From contig JASANG010001649.1 of assembly GCA_030248215.1 (NCBI GenBank), positions 124,001 to 188,000 on the forward strand: a DNA stretch of 64,000 nt, in the 5' to 3' direction. Positions 11,701 through 22,428 of the stretch are shown piece by piece. A program made the position numbers and the translations under genes. The DNA is from Enoplolaimus lenunculus. Its lineage: Eukaryota. Numbering within the stretch: position 1 is the stretch's first letter; each line of letters starts with the position of its first letter. The notes below the pieces were generated by a model. The model saw only the letters and a program-made list of their open reading frames with translations, had not been told where the DNA came from and made no database searches.

Positions 11701-13624
11701 ACAGATTCTGTTGCTTCACAAATCCACGTTCATCTGTTATATATAGATATACAACAGGGTGCCACCGGAATTCCGGTTCCGGTTCCGGATATTTTCACCT
11801 TCCGGTTCCGGTTCCGGTAAATTGTAATTCCGGTTGCACCCTGATATACAAATATATACATACATATTATATTACATGTATACATACTGTGAAAAATTAT
11901 TACATAACTCTACCTCAAATTTGCTGTCTTTACACTTAATTAAAAAGTGTACAATATCGTCTTTTTTCAACTTTAATTTATCTTCGATAGCGACACGTTG
12001 TTCTGGGCCCCATTGGCCGCCCCAAAGTGAATTTAGGACGTAGGCCTTCTCGTCCAAACGAACGGCAAAATGAAACGGACGGTCAGCGCCGCTGTCGCCG
12101 GAGAACACATCCGGTCCCGATGTTAGATTAATTGAAATACTGCAAACAAGACGGCATGGCTCATGTACATTTCCCCCATATTCAAAATTAAGGCTTAGGC
12201 GTCGGTAAATCTGTAATTGGCACTGCGAGCTATCGTGAGTCTAGATACATTAACAAAATGCACCAAAAATTCAATGAACTGTTGAGCTGCAGGGCTGTGG
12301 TGGGTTTAAAGCTCAAAAGAGTCAACTATTGAACTCAGGGCCTGACGTCTCTCATACGCGTATCACTTATCATCAATTGGTACCAAGTCTTGTAACTTTC
12401 AAACCAACTAGTAGTAGTGATGTTCAAAATGCAGTAAATTTTTCTTATTTGTTCTACCCGACTCTTCTGCCCGTTAATCAGTTTGTGATAGGCCTTGTGA
12501 CTTTCAAACCAACGAATGAGGAGATTCGGCATTCAACACTCTGACTTGATTTACCCAACACCTCTACCACTTTTGAGATGCGCACTTGCACGAGTTCGTC
12601 AGTTTGAAAACCTATCGCTAACTGGTGACAGATTCGATACACAGTAATTACGAATACCGGCTTTATCAAGCTCTATTACAAAAAATTCTTCTCATTAAAT
12701 TCCTGTGACGAGTATAAATTTCGACGCCAATGCTTACCGGTTCCCGGTAACAGTTCCTCGAACATTGATTTCGGACCCTGGATGCAGATTGACTGGACGG
12801 ATGTACGGCACAGGCTGCAAAACAAAAATTCATTAATTACAGCCCCTTACGAACATACATTTTCAAAAGTTACACTAGATTTTTACAGTGTTTTTGTTTC
12901 TTACTGCAAGTTAAACTCAGAACTCGGGTTCAGATTTGCAAAGAGCTATGGTTACTCATCTGCCTGCACCACCGCAGTGCTCAACAACAGGTATATACAC
13001 AGACAGGAGACCATGATATTTAACAAGAGTGTGCAGCTGGACACATATATTTTGTGCCCAAAAGAATATTCAGCGCACGCGTTGCATTTTGGCCAACGAT
13101 CCTTAATTTAGTGGGAGTGTACAATTGAACGATTGTATTCACTTTGAGTGTTAAACATTTAATTGGTTGCTCTGATTGTATTTCTAAACGCTATCCTATA
13201 CTGGAACTTTCCGACAGATAAAATCCACTCCCTAAATGAGTGAGGGTAGGGCAAAAACAACGAGCGTTGGTATATTTTATACCGTGGAAAATCAGACGGT
13301 TGTAGTCTAAGAGTGATCACTCACTCTTGATACAACGTAGAGCGGAACCTTTAACTAATTGAAAGTTCAAAAAGTTTTTCTAGGGGGGCTGCTGGCGACA
13401 CTGGCTGGTTTAGTCGGCTACGGGCCTTTGTGCAAGGGGGTTATCCCACAAAATAATGGCTTGTTATCTATTACTAGAATTCGATCTCTTGACTTTAAAT
13501 ATACTCTCGTATTCGAAAAATATATTTCTAATCCATAAATTTAGGTTAAAGTTTACATTATCATGCTTTACGAGCGATGAACTGGTCATTTGAAACAACT
13601 TACCCAATTTAGCTGGCGAACCAT
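8673..13624 (-). CDS. Tandem-repeat (two-CRD) galectin, 283 aa, nematode LEC-1/LEC-2-like, 7 coding exons (gene span)
   Basis: Minus-strand exons 13624-13604, 12814-12738, 12139-11914, 11386-11267, 10770-10609, 9673-9551, 8795-8673; all GT-AG with consistent phases. CRD1: PVPY...FHFAVRLDEKAYVLNSLWGGQWGPEQR; CRD2: FHFSARFNEKAFVRNSCINGAWESEER...FSHRYP...IQGDI. These are galectin H-x-x-x-R/N/W-x-x-E-x-R motifs. No signal peptide, as is typical for galectins. Confidence 0.95.
8899..9066 (-). mobile_element. Family A telomere-repeat MITE in galectin intron 6
   Basis: CCCATGTAA..GATCAGGGGCG...(TTAGGC-like)...GGCCCTGCTTCGTACATTGGCC, flanks GCGTAAGCC/ATGTAAGCC. Confidence 0.7.
9551..9673 (-). CDS. 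Galectin exon 6
   Basis: TTTCTAG acceptor, AFVRNSCINGAWESEERDGVWNLEKKNYFDIIIRVMDSGYE, donor GTACGT; absent from the ORF track. Confidence 0.93.
10609..10770 (-). CDS. Galectin exon 5 (start of CRD2)
   Basis: TTTCAG acceptor, SCHSDPFVFPTRLAPG...IFHFSARFNEK, donor GTATGT. Confidence 0.93.
11267..11386 (-). CDS. Galectin exon 4
   Basis: TTTCAG acceptor, IFLNDRMLAEFEYRAKLGAVQFIYIDEAIALDSVGYQKFE, donor GTTAGT. Confidence 0.92.
11755..11843. mobile_element. 89-bp hAT-like mini-MITE in galectin intron 3
   Basis: TIRs CAGGGTGCCACCGGAATT / AATTCCGGTTGCACCCTG, perfect 8-bp TSD ATATACAA on both sides. Confidence 0.88.
11914..12139 (-). CDS. Galectin exon 3 (CRD1 sugar-binding motifs)
   Basis: ISINLTSG...FHFAVRLDEKAYVLNSLWGGQWGPEQR...DSKFE, donor GTAGAG. 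Confidence 0.95.
12738..12814 (-). CDS. Galectin exon 2
   Basis: TTTTGCAG acceptor, PVPYIRPVNLHPGSEINVRGTVTGN(R), donor GTAAGC, phase 2. Confidence 0.92.
13604..13624 (-). CDS. Galectin exon 1
   Basis: ATG GTT CGC CAG CTA AAT TGG (MVRQLNW) then GTAAGT; upstream TTGTTTAG acceptor ending at 13648. Confidence 0.75.
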
Positions 13625-15878
13625 TGTATTGATTAAAGTTAAATATACTAAACAATGAAATATACTACTATCAAAAAATAGTAACCCAGAATTCTGAAAA
13701 TGGATCTAAACAAAACGTAGGAATGCAAACTTTTATCAGTAAACGCAAGATGGTACATTTTTTGACACTTGAAAGTACTGAAGTTGCATAGCCAACTCAG
13801 AGTCTCGCGCATGGTCAGGGTTGTTCTGGGGCGTCTAGGTAAACCCCCAATCCATGAACCAAGAAACGTTTTGCGAGTGTTGAAAAGGGGGGATTTCATA
13901 CTAAAATTACGTCTACCTTTTCATTCGGTTCGCTTGCGTGCTTTTGTTTTACCTTTTACACACACGGTAAGGGGACATCAGTATTAAAATTATTTCACGG
14001 TTTCAGTATGCTTTACTTGCGGATTCGCTGTAGCTCCCAGTGTTGCTTATCTAAGACCCCTCCCAGTTGAAAATTCTAGGTACGCGCATGTTCAGAATCA
14101 CATCGTGGTTTAGCTTGCCGCCGCATTTTTGCGTTTAGCGACAATTGTAAATTTGAGATTAGTGCGCGAGCTAAGGTATTCGAAGCCTGCCAATCTGTGA
14201 GATGGCCGAGATGGGCCCCTGCAATGTATCATCCAGGAGCACAGCAGCTGATCCAAAAACAAATGGCCTCAAACGCGGGGCACATGATATAATGATGAAA
14301 GAAATTTCGCGGGTGGAGAAAAACAAGCCAAACAGTCGTGAATAACAAGGTGGTTAACCTGAATGGCACCGAAGGTTCAAAAACCCTTTTAGAAGGTAAG
14401 AGGATTGTAGGCGCGGCGCTGAGATGCACCGAAACATGTTGTTAGCTGTGGATTTAAATATGCAGTGACAATTTTCTTTGGAGGCCTAATAATGATTTCT
14501 AAATGAAGACCACTTTCGCGTATAAACAGTATATTGCATGTGCACAAAACGGACAACCATATCTCACATGCTTAAGTACAAGGATCATATTCTAACCTGT
14601 CCCTGAGGCCGATTTGTATTGCGGGACCCAAAAACAGTTGATGAAAAAAATGGGTTATCTCGATTAAATTTTTCATTTTTGAAACACTCGACAAGGGACC
14701 CACGAATGTGCTGGCCTTGACGCCCCAGCGCCACAGGCCTCCAATATGACCCGACCTTAAAAGGGTTATCGGCTATTCCTTGCGTTACAGCTTAATCTAA
14801 AATAACTTCCGCTTAGTTGCATTTCAAAGTTACAATAACAACCAAGAGCATACAAATAGTGTATAAAACTGTTATCTAAGAAGCTTAAGACATTGTAATC
14901 AGTAAACGTATATGTTGCAGGCCAATCTGCTATTCAGGCCAATTACTAATGTGTGGAAAATTAAAATTAAGGTTAGAGCACAAGAGCGCCGCACGCTTAA
15001 AGCAACGATCAGCAGCAGCAGCGCGCGTTTGTATATCGGAAAGACAATAAACCTCGCTACAACTGACTTGTACCATGATCCCAGAACAGACAATCTGTGG
15101 TCTTCGTGAACAAACTGGCCTGTAGCCAAGAGGGGGTCCAGGGGTTGCTCAGTAGTATTACTTGAGGCACAGTTAAGGCATGTTGTAACGTGTATTATTC
15201 GCGCCTCAGGCACCACGGGGCGTCCTAAGTTTTGACGATTTTATAATCATGCAGTTGTTACAATGTTGTCCAAGGATCTTTGGGTTAAAGGTGCAAGGGC
15301 TTTTTAGCCCCCTCCCACAAGTCGCGGCTTTGCTGAAATTATAGTTCACCGTTAATATGCAATTGCGAGTCCAATAGCAGAGCCGACACAGTGTTTGGCT
15401 CCGTAATCTATTAGCCCGATCAGGGGTGTAGCTAGGATCTCAATTCGGAAAGGGATAACCTCCTGTAATTTTTTTGGCATCTAACCTCGGATATAAAAAG
15501 GTAATTGTTAACCCTGTTAAAAGGATTGTTTCTAGGCTGTTGAAAAATTTCAAGAGGGAATTTATTAAGGTGAAACAAGAATTCCGATACAACTTAGAAT
15601 TCCGATTCCATTAGAATTTCGATTCAAAACGAGTTCCGATCCCGCTTCCGATTGCACAATCAATCGAAATTAGATTTCGGACGTTTTAATTTTAGGCCTA
15701 CATGTGGTGAGAAGTTGCAGGAAAATTCTGCATCATTTAATAACGTATTAAATTGTTTTTGATGAGATAACTTATCAATTGTCAGTCAAGGTAGGAACCG
15801 GGACTTGAGTCCTTTTAACTAAGTGGCTGGAAAAGCGGGTTACGGATGGTTTCGAACTAGCTACCTTCTGCGTATCAG

Positions 15879-16042
15879 CGGGCCCGTGGCCAAGGGAAGG
15901 CAGGGCGGCTCAGCCCAAACCCTGAAAAATTTCGGCCTTCCCTAGAAGATTTTCAACCTTGCTAGTAAGTCGTTGAAAACCTTTAAATGTCCCTCTTGAA
16001 AAATTTTAAGCCACCTAGCAAGGTGAGCTGGCTCTGGGCCTG
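15879..16042 (+). mobile_element. hAT-like MITE family C (~164 bp)
   Basis: TIR consensus CAGGCCCGTAGCCAG / CTGGCTACGGGCCTG, TSD CGTATCAG/CGTGTCAG; related copies near 16850, 20610, 29066, 35196, 36890, 43298, 49290, 51611, 58436, 59740. Confidence 0.8.
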
Positions 16043-17890
16043 CGTGTCAGACAGACGCTGTTACCGCTGCGCGATGTAGACTGCCTATCTAACTGCTTCT
16101 ATCGTCGACTATATCTCGGATTGTTTAGCTTTACAGAACCAGAAAATGATTGCCGATTTGTTACTGCAACGTTTTTTGAGAATAGTTGCCAGATACAAAT
16201 AATCCTAGTCACAAAATTTGTAGCTCCGATTCCGCTTCCGTTATAGATTTGCTGTTTCGATTCCGGTAAAACGGCGAATTTCCGTGCAGTCTACCGTTCA
16301 ACTAAACTTTTTACATCATCTAATACAATGGGTTGTCTAAAATTTATAGGAAGAAGGCGGGCTGGCCAGATACAAAGCGCAATTTTTACTGTGTGCTATA
16401 AAACGTGACAATTTTCTCATGGTGAAAATTTGCTAATATATGTGCCAACTTTCTGAGGAGCAAAATTGTAAAGTAAGTTAGCCCTTACCATTTTATTACA
16501 AAAGAATTACTGACGGATCCGCTAGTCACTGTGAACGTACCTACAAAGTTGCGTATCTGCTATTGATAAAAACAATTGCGAAACCTCGACAGTACACTCG
16601 AAATACAAGCATACGCATATGCTCCGTAGAGAACAATGTTTCAAAATAAAACATCACAACGTAGCTGTTGCTTTATAACACAATGCTATCTGCAGCGATA
16701 GGAGAAAAAGTGTAATAAAACAAGTCTTGTGTATATAAAACGATTGTTTGGGATAGCGTGTTTACATACGTGTAGCCACTACGTCTTCAATTTAGCAAGA
16801 AAAACAGGACCGCAATGAGGAATTGGAAGTACAGAACGGGTTCGTCTGGCATGTAGCCAAAGGACGGCTAGAAGAGTTTTGTTTCCCCTCCCCTGAGAAG
16901 ATTTTCAACCTTGTAAACGCATCGAATATCTTTGTATGCCCCTCCTAAAAACGCTTGGCACCCTAGCAAAGTGAGTTGGCTACGGGCCGGGGGATCAGGA
17001 AGACTGTAGAGAGAGAGCAGCGTAATTGAAATTTTCCTAGCATCGGATTTTACTGTCCAAAAATATAGCTCGTTCAAAAAGACAAATATCTTTGTAAAGA
17101 ACGGTGCCACAGGGAAGTCTCGTAGTTGCGACCCTGAAGGAAAGCAATTGAATTTTTTAAGTTTATTGGGTGAATTAAAGTTTTCCGATGAATCAATCAT
17201 ACAAAGATATTTTTCAATCCAGTGAATCACTATTGCCCATTTTTAACGCATAAGGTACATTTTTTAGAAGAAATGTAAAATTGTAAGTAAAATTCATTTG
17301 CGTTCTGGTTCATAAACGCAGCCAAGAGGAGACGGTTGCCTCCTAAAGGCTGACAAGAACAAAATTAATTAAGAATAAAGCTGTAGCCCGAGCAATTTTA
17401 ATACAAAAATATCAATCTGGTTACTCGCCCGCGTTTATTAACCGCTGATTTGTCATTGAAGCTTTGGCCAATGTTACTTTTAGGGCTATAAATCAATATG
17501 AAGCATATTCCTAAGCCTAAGCCTAGAGCGTTGAAAAATATAGTCCAAAAACTAAACCTACTTTTTCAATTCCAATAGAACACGGGACGGCCCTACCGAA
17601 ACTATTGCAAGCAACAGATAATCTCATTAACTGGAATTATTACAATATGCCCTATCAGGCGAAATGAAAAGTTATGACTTTGGGAGGCATCAACTATTCT
17701 TTACGGTAACAAAGTTCACTCTTAGTTATAGTTTGGTGCTGAAATTTTTTGTTGGTCTTTGTATGCACCGCTTGAAAAATGTTTAGTTTCCCTAGCAAGG
17801 TGAGGCTACGGGCCAGCATATGTTTTGTATGCTCGTTCGAAATGATTGAGCACCGCTACCGCTGCCAGCACACTTGTTTCCTTCCAATTA

Positions 17891-18100
17891 CATTGCAAAA
17901 AATTGCAAGTCAAATTGATTCCCTCCGAAATAAGCTTTTCGAGACTACACAAGCTGAGTCAAATTCGACTCCGCCAGAGTCAAATTCGACTCACTGAGTC
18001 GTATGTTTGGCTCTGACCGAGTCGAATTTGAATCAGTTTGTGTAGTTCCGAAAAATCTATTTCTGAGAGAGTCAATATGACTCACCGTGTTTTTGCAGTG
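17891..18100. mobile_element. Palindromic CMC/EnSpm-like MITE family G
   Basis: TA|CATTGCAAAAA...TTTTTGCAGTG|TA with about 85-bp inverted arms containing GAGTCAAATT(C)GACTC motifs; fragments at 49755-49797 and 55675-55760. Confidence 0.7.
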
Positions 18101-18584
18101 TACTGAATACATAAATGGTTTTAAGCGAATCTCACGTGCAGACTGTAATGTTAACAACTACATATAACATTTAATAACCAGTCTTTATCCTATTCCCTTT
18201 ATACCCTTTATTTGTCTAATGCTTCATTGTAAACGTTATCTCCTTTAACAACCGCAGTAAAATTTTATGAAATGCAAATCAGTGCAATAAGATTTGGCAA
18301 ACAGGCCGCCGTTTGAGGGACCGTTACGAAGTAAATTTTGTATGCTATGCGGAAAATGTGGCAATCATTTCAAAAATTGCAGGAACCTCTGGCAAAAATT
18401 CAACCGGAATCATAGCCGGAGGTCAAATTTTCTACTGGAGCCTGAGAGCTCGCCATGGCACTGCTAAATTATAAATTTACCCCATGAAATAACATTATAA
18501 GATATTGATATACAGGCCCATGTTAAAATCGCTGCCGTCCCAAAACCCCACCTGTCATTCCAAAAGCTCACTATCCTTTCACAA

Positions 18585-18945
18585 GAATTTGAGGTATGTT
18601 AGAAGGCGGGATTTTGGTACTTTAGGATGTCGGGATATGGTCGAAGGTGGGATTTTGGGACTTCGGGATATGGTAAATAGTGGTATTTTGGAATTCTGTG
18701 ATTTTGGGATTTCGGAATATGGTCCAAGGTGGGATTTTGGGATTTCGAGATATGGTCGAAGGTGGAATTTAGGAATTTTTAGAAATGATCGAAGGTGGAA
18801 ATTAATAGGGATTTCGGGATATGGTAGAAGGTGGTTTTTTGGGATATTGGGATTTCGGGATATGGCCAAACAGTGAGATTTTGAGATTTCGGGATATGGT
18901 CGAAGGTGGGATTTTCGGATTTCGAAATATGGTCGAAGGTGGGAT
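18585..18945 (+). repeat. 33-bp minisatellite (about 10 degenerate units)
   Basis: Unit TTTTGGGATTTCGGGATATGGTCGAAGGTGGGA; GATATGG recurs at 18634 and 18667. Confidence 0.85.
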
Positions 18946-18948
18946 GCT

Positions 18949-19375
18949 CCTAAAGCCTAAGCCTAAACCTAAGCCTAAACCTAAGCCGAAGCGTAAACGT
19001 AAGCCTGAACCCTAAGCCCAAACCTAAGCCTAAATCTAAGGTCAAGGCTAAAGCCTACGATTTAGCCTAAGGGCCATTTAAGGTTTAGTCTGTGCTTTTT
19101 AAACCATAACCTATTTCTAAGGCTTCAGCCTAAACCTAAGCCTAAGATTCAGTCCAAGGGTAATATAAGATTTAATCTATCTTTAAACCAAAACCTATTC
19201 CTAAGCGTCTGCCTGAGCATAACCCTAAGCCTAAGCATAAGCCTAAGTCTAAGCTTAACCTTAAACCTAAAACTATTAGGTTAAGGCGCCTCTAAACTCT
19301 GCGTCAAAGCTTACGCCAGACCCTACGCCTAACCGCCTGATTCTAAACCTAAGCCTAACTCGGAGCCTTGCCAAA
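18949..19375 (+). repeat. Degenerate interstitial telomere-type array (GCCTAA)n
   Basis: Continuous run of GCCTAA/ACCTAA/GCGTAA variants. Confidence 0.85.
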
Positions 19376-19889
19376 TTCTAAACCAACGTTAGTCTAATTT
19401 CTGGTCCCACATAAAAACATTCTGCCCCTGATCTTTACATGGGGCCAAAATCCCAACACAAACAAAAATTATCAATTTTTACCTGGAACGGTTGGATTTT
19501 GGGACGGTAGTAAAGTTACCAAAATCCCAACACAACCAAAAGCTGACAATTTTTTAGCTTGGACGGTGGGATTTCGGGTCGGCATTAAAGTTATGCATGG
19601 GCCGAAATACACATACAATTCAAAAACAGACAGCTGATTCAACAGTAACATATATAATTGGAATTATGCCGAAATTGAAGCATGTACCAGGACACTGAGA
19701 ACAGTTTATTGTTGCTGCATATGTTAAAATTTGTATTTTATGGTTCTATTCTACCGGCAGAATTCCTTTAGTCTAAAACCATAATGGTATCACTGTGTTT
19801 GCGTATAGGGTAAATGCTGGAATTTCACAATCCCAAGAATCTGCCCTGGGAAAAAATTAAGCATAGATTCAGCTCGAGCCAATGCCAGC

Positions 19890-20301
19890 TAAGGTGTAAA
19901 CAGAGGGTATATATTAAAAATAACGGAAATGGAAACTGATAATGATCAAAATACCGGAAACGAAAAAGAATGTTGAAGTATAAAAGTGTCAAAGATTTCG
20001 GCCAACACAATTGAGGCGTACAAATATTTACGGGGATTTTATTCTAAAATTTGAAAGAAAACATGGCGGACGTATCTAAATTTGGCCGAAATTTTTAAGA
20101 TTTTTAAGATTCTGGATTTATTTCGTAATTTTTATTTCATTTCGAACAGTCGGAGCATCTCTGTATTCATAGAAAATTGCCAGCCATATAAACGAGATTT
20201 ATAACTAATTTTGAGCGTAAAAAATAACAGAATTTCTGTTATTTCTGTAACGGAAACGGACACGGTTTTAATACTGCAAAAGGAAATCCGGTCACACCCT
20301 G
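19890..20301 (+). mobile_element. hAT-like MITE family F (AACGGA-rich arms)
   Basis: Ends CCGGTCACACCCTG; colinear with 33516-33914. Confidence 0.6.
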
Positions 20302-21454
20302 CTCGCTTTACAACTAGCCTGCGATGCGGTTTAACTCTGGTTACAGGCCTATAAAATATGAACGTACTTTCACGTTTACCTTGTTCGAAAGCCTCTTTTA
20401 TTCTAAATATTCCGGCCTGCACGGAAAATTCTCTGCGTAATTTGAATTTTTAGAAAACTCGATTTTTGGCTCAAATTGTTTAGTTTAAACTTGTATATGC
20501 ATATTGTCGCAAACTCACGTATATTTTATCACTAAAGCAAAAATAGTCTAATACTTAGTAACCTTTTTGCTAACGCTTAGGCTAAGGCTAAATCCAAAAA
20601 AATATGCATAAGCGCCAGGAGGAGAGCCATGGTGCTCAGCCCCCCTTTAAGAATTTTAGTCCCCCTAACAATTTTCAACTTTGCTTGTAAATCATCGAAA
20701 GCCCATGTATGTCCGTCTTAAAAAATTTTAGCCCCCCTAGCAAGGTGAACTGCCTACGGCTTGCTCCAAGGTTATATATGAGTTCCGTTTTGGTTCAAAC
20801 TTGACGATAATAAAACATATCAGGTTTATTTAGGCTTTAGATGTTGGCTATAAGAACCTATCGATAGCGAGATCGCATTGTTAAATTCACAATTAAACCT
20901 GTTGCGATCCAAATGCTTAGTTTTATAGTGTAGAAATGTCCAATATTCATTACCTTAGTGTATACTTTAATTTCCGGTATCTGGCCTGTTATTATTTCGT
21001 GTCATTTGTTTTTCTTTTATCGGTCAAATAAAAACAAAAGGTGAAAGATATTTTCAAATAAATACAATTGTGTAGTAAAATAACTTTTCTATGAGCGTTC
21101 GAGTCCATGTTAAAAGGGCGTTTTCATTTTCTACTGGGACTGCAAAAGCGTAGGCTTACTAGTTTTTGTTTAGGCTTTAGCTCAAGGCTTAGATTTAGAC
21201 TTTATATTTTGGTTTTCACTTTTTTCTATGCTTAGGTTTATTCTTCGGCTTAGAAATATGCTTAATTCAAACTAACGGCCCTAAAAGTAACGTTTGACGC
21301 CGTTCCAATATAACGTTTCCTGTATAGAGACGCAATAGGCAACTTTTTAGTTTGAACCTTTTAATTTAATTAATGTTCATTTAACACCATTCTATATTTC
21401 AATGGGAAAAGACGTTGGTCTGTTTGGTGAATAGGTCCGACAAAACTCTAGCTC

Positions 21455-21905
21455 ATGTAGTGATCAGAATAAGAGGGAGTAAGAGGGTGTCCACATTTTG
21501 AGTCCCAATCAATATAGGAGTCCGTATCCCTAATAAGAGACCGCAAGCAGATAGATCCTCTAAACCATAATTAGAGTCCATAAACGTCAATTATCCCTAA
21601 CTGTAGTGCATAAATGACTTCACGAACAAATAAAGTTAAGTTCGAAACTTTAAGTCATACTTAAGTTTTGAAAGTACATTCTTCGTGTGTACTTAGGTAA
21701 TAGCCTTGCATTATCGCTCAAGCTTTTGATACAAAACAAACGTTTAATTGAACGGATAGTTGCAATGCCGGATACATATCAGTAACGAAGGTGGTGGAGT
21801 ACGGGTTAATAAAACAGTCCGTAGCCCAATAACAAATGGGACGGATACCCTCTGGAGTAGCCAAACAAATATCAGTCTCCCCTCCTGTTATTCGGTTCAC
21901 TACAG
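21455..21905 (+). mobile_element. Tc1/mariner-like MITE family D
   Basis: Colinear with 2549-3052; ATGTAGTGATCAGAATAAGAGG...TTATTCGGTTCACTACAG. Confidence 0.72.
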
Positions 21906-21951
21906 CATTATTTCGAACCATTCTTATACATTCACCCGCTATAGTACTGTG

Positions 21952-22107
21952 GGCCAATGTTACTTTTAGGGCCGTAACAGTGGATTAAGCGTATTCCTAA
22001 GCCGAAGCCTAAAGCCTAAGCCTAAGCCTAAGCCTAAGCAAAGAAATATAGTTTAGAATGTAAGCCTACTCTTTTACAGACCCACCAGAATCCGGAACGG
22101 CCCTAAA
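21952..22107 (+). mobile_element. Telomere-repeat MITE family B
   Basis: GGCCAATGTTACTTTTAGGGCCGTAAC...(GCCTAA)n...GGAACGGCCCTAAA; about 180 bp upstream of the FHA gene ATG. Confidence 0.72.
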
Positions 22108-22287
22108 TGGTGTATCTGGACGAACATTAAACTTTCAGAGACAAGAATTACCTAATTGCATTCATGTCAACTGCGCCCGCGTAAAGACAAGCAAGAATAG
22201 GAAAATTGTTACACTTAAACATGGACTGTTTCAGCTTAAAACCTTCAGTTGACAATATATATTTTATTCTGATTTACTTCTGCTATT

Positions 22288-22428
22288 ATGTCTTCTCAAA
22301 ATGGTGATTGGCCAACAAACGAACCAACGAACTGGGTACTGCTCAGTGGTCTGGGTCGAAAATACGAATTAACTCGAAAAGATCTTGTGTTCGGACGAGC
22401 GTACGGGATGACTGATGTTATGTTGTTG
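22288..22428 (+). CDS. FHA gene exon 1
   Basis: MSSQNGDWPTNEPTNWVLLSGLGRKYELTRKDLVFGRAYGMTDVMLL, donor GTAAGT at 22429; contains the FHA GR motif. Confidence 0.85.

Larger units (their letters stand above)
18515..19603 (+). mobile_element. 1.09-kb composite Merlin/MULE-like non-autonomous element carrying a minisatellite and telomeric repeats
   Basis: Termini GGCCCATG / CATGGGCC, subterminal inverted GCCGTCCCAAAACCCACC / GGTGGGATTTCGGGTCGGC, TSD GATATACA/GAAATACA. Confidence 0.75.

Noticed and set aside
18585..18945. 33-bp periodic repeat as a CRISPR array
   Set aside because: Units are head-to-tail without unique spacers, there are no cas genes, and the context is eukaryotic.
18505..19015. 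Overlapping ORFs with repeated RDMVEGG/PKIP motifs and poly-KP
   Set aside because: These are translations of the 33-bp minisatellite and GCCTAA array inside a TIR-bounded element; no splice or start context.
18949..19375. True telomere or chromosome-fusion site
   Set aside because: The array is degenerate, in one orientation, and enclosed by TIRs and a TSD; no head-to-head junction.
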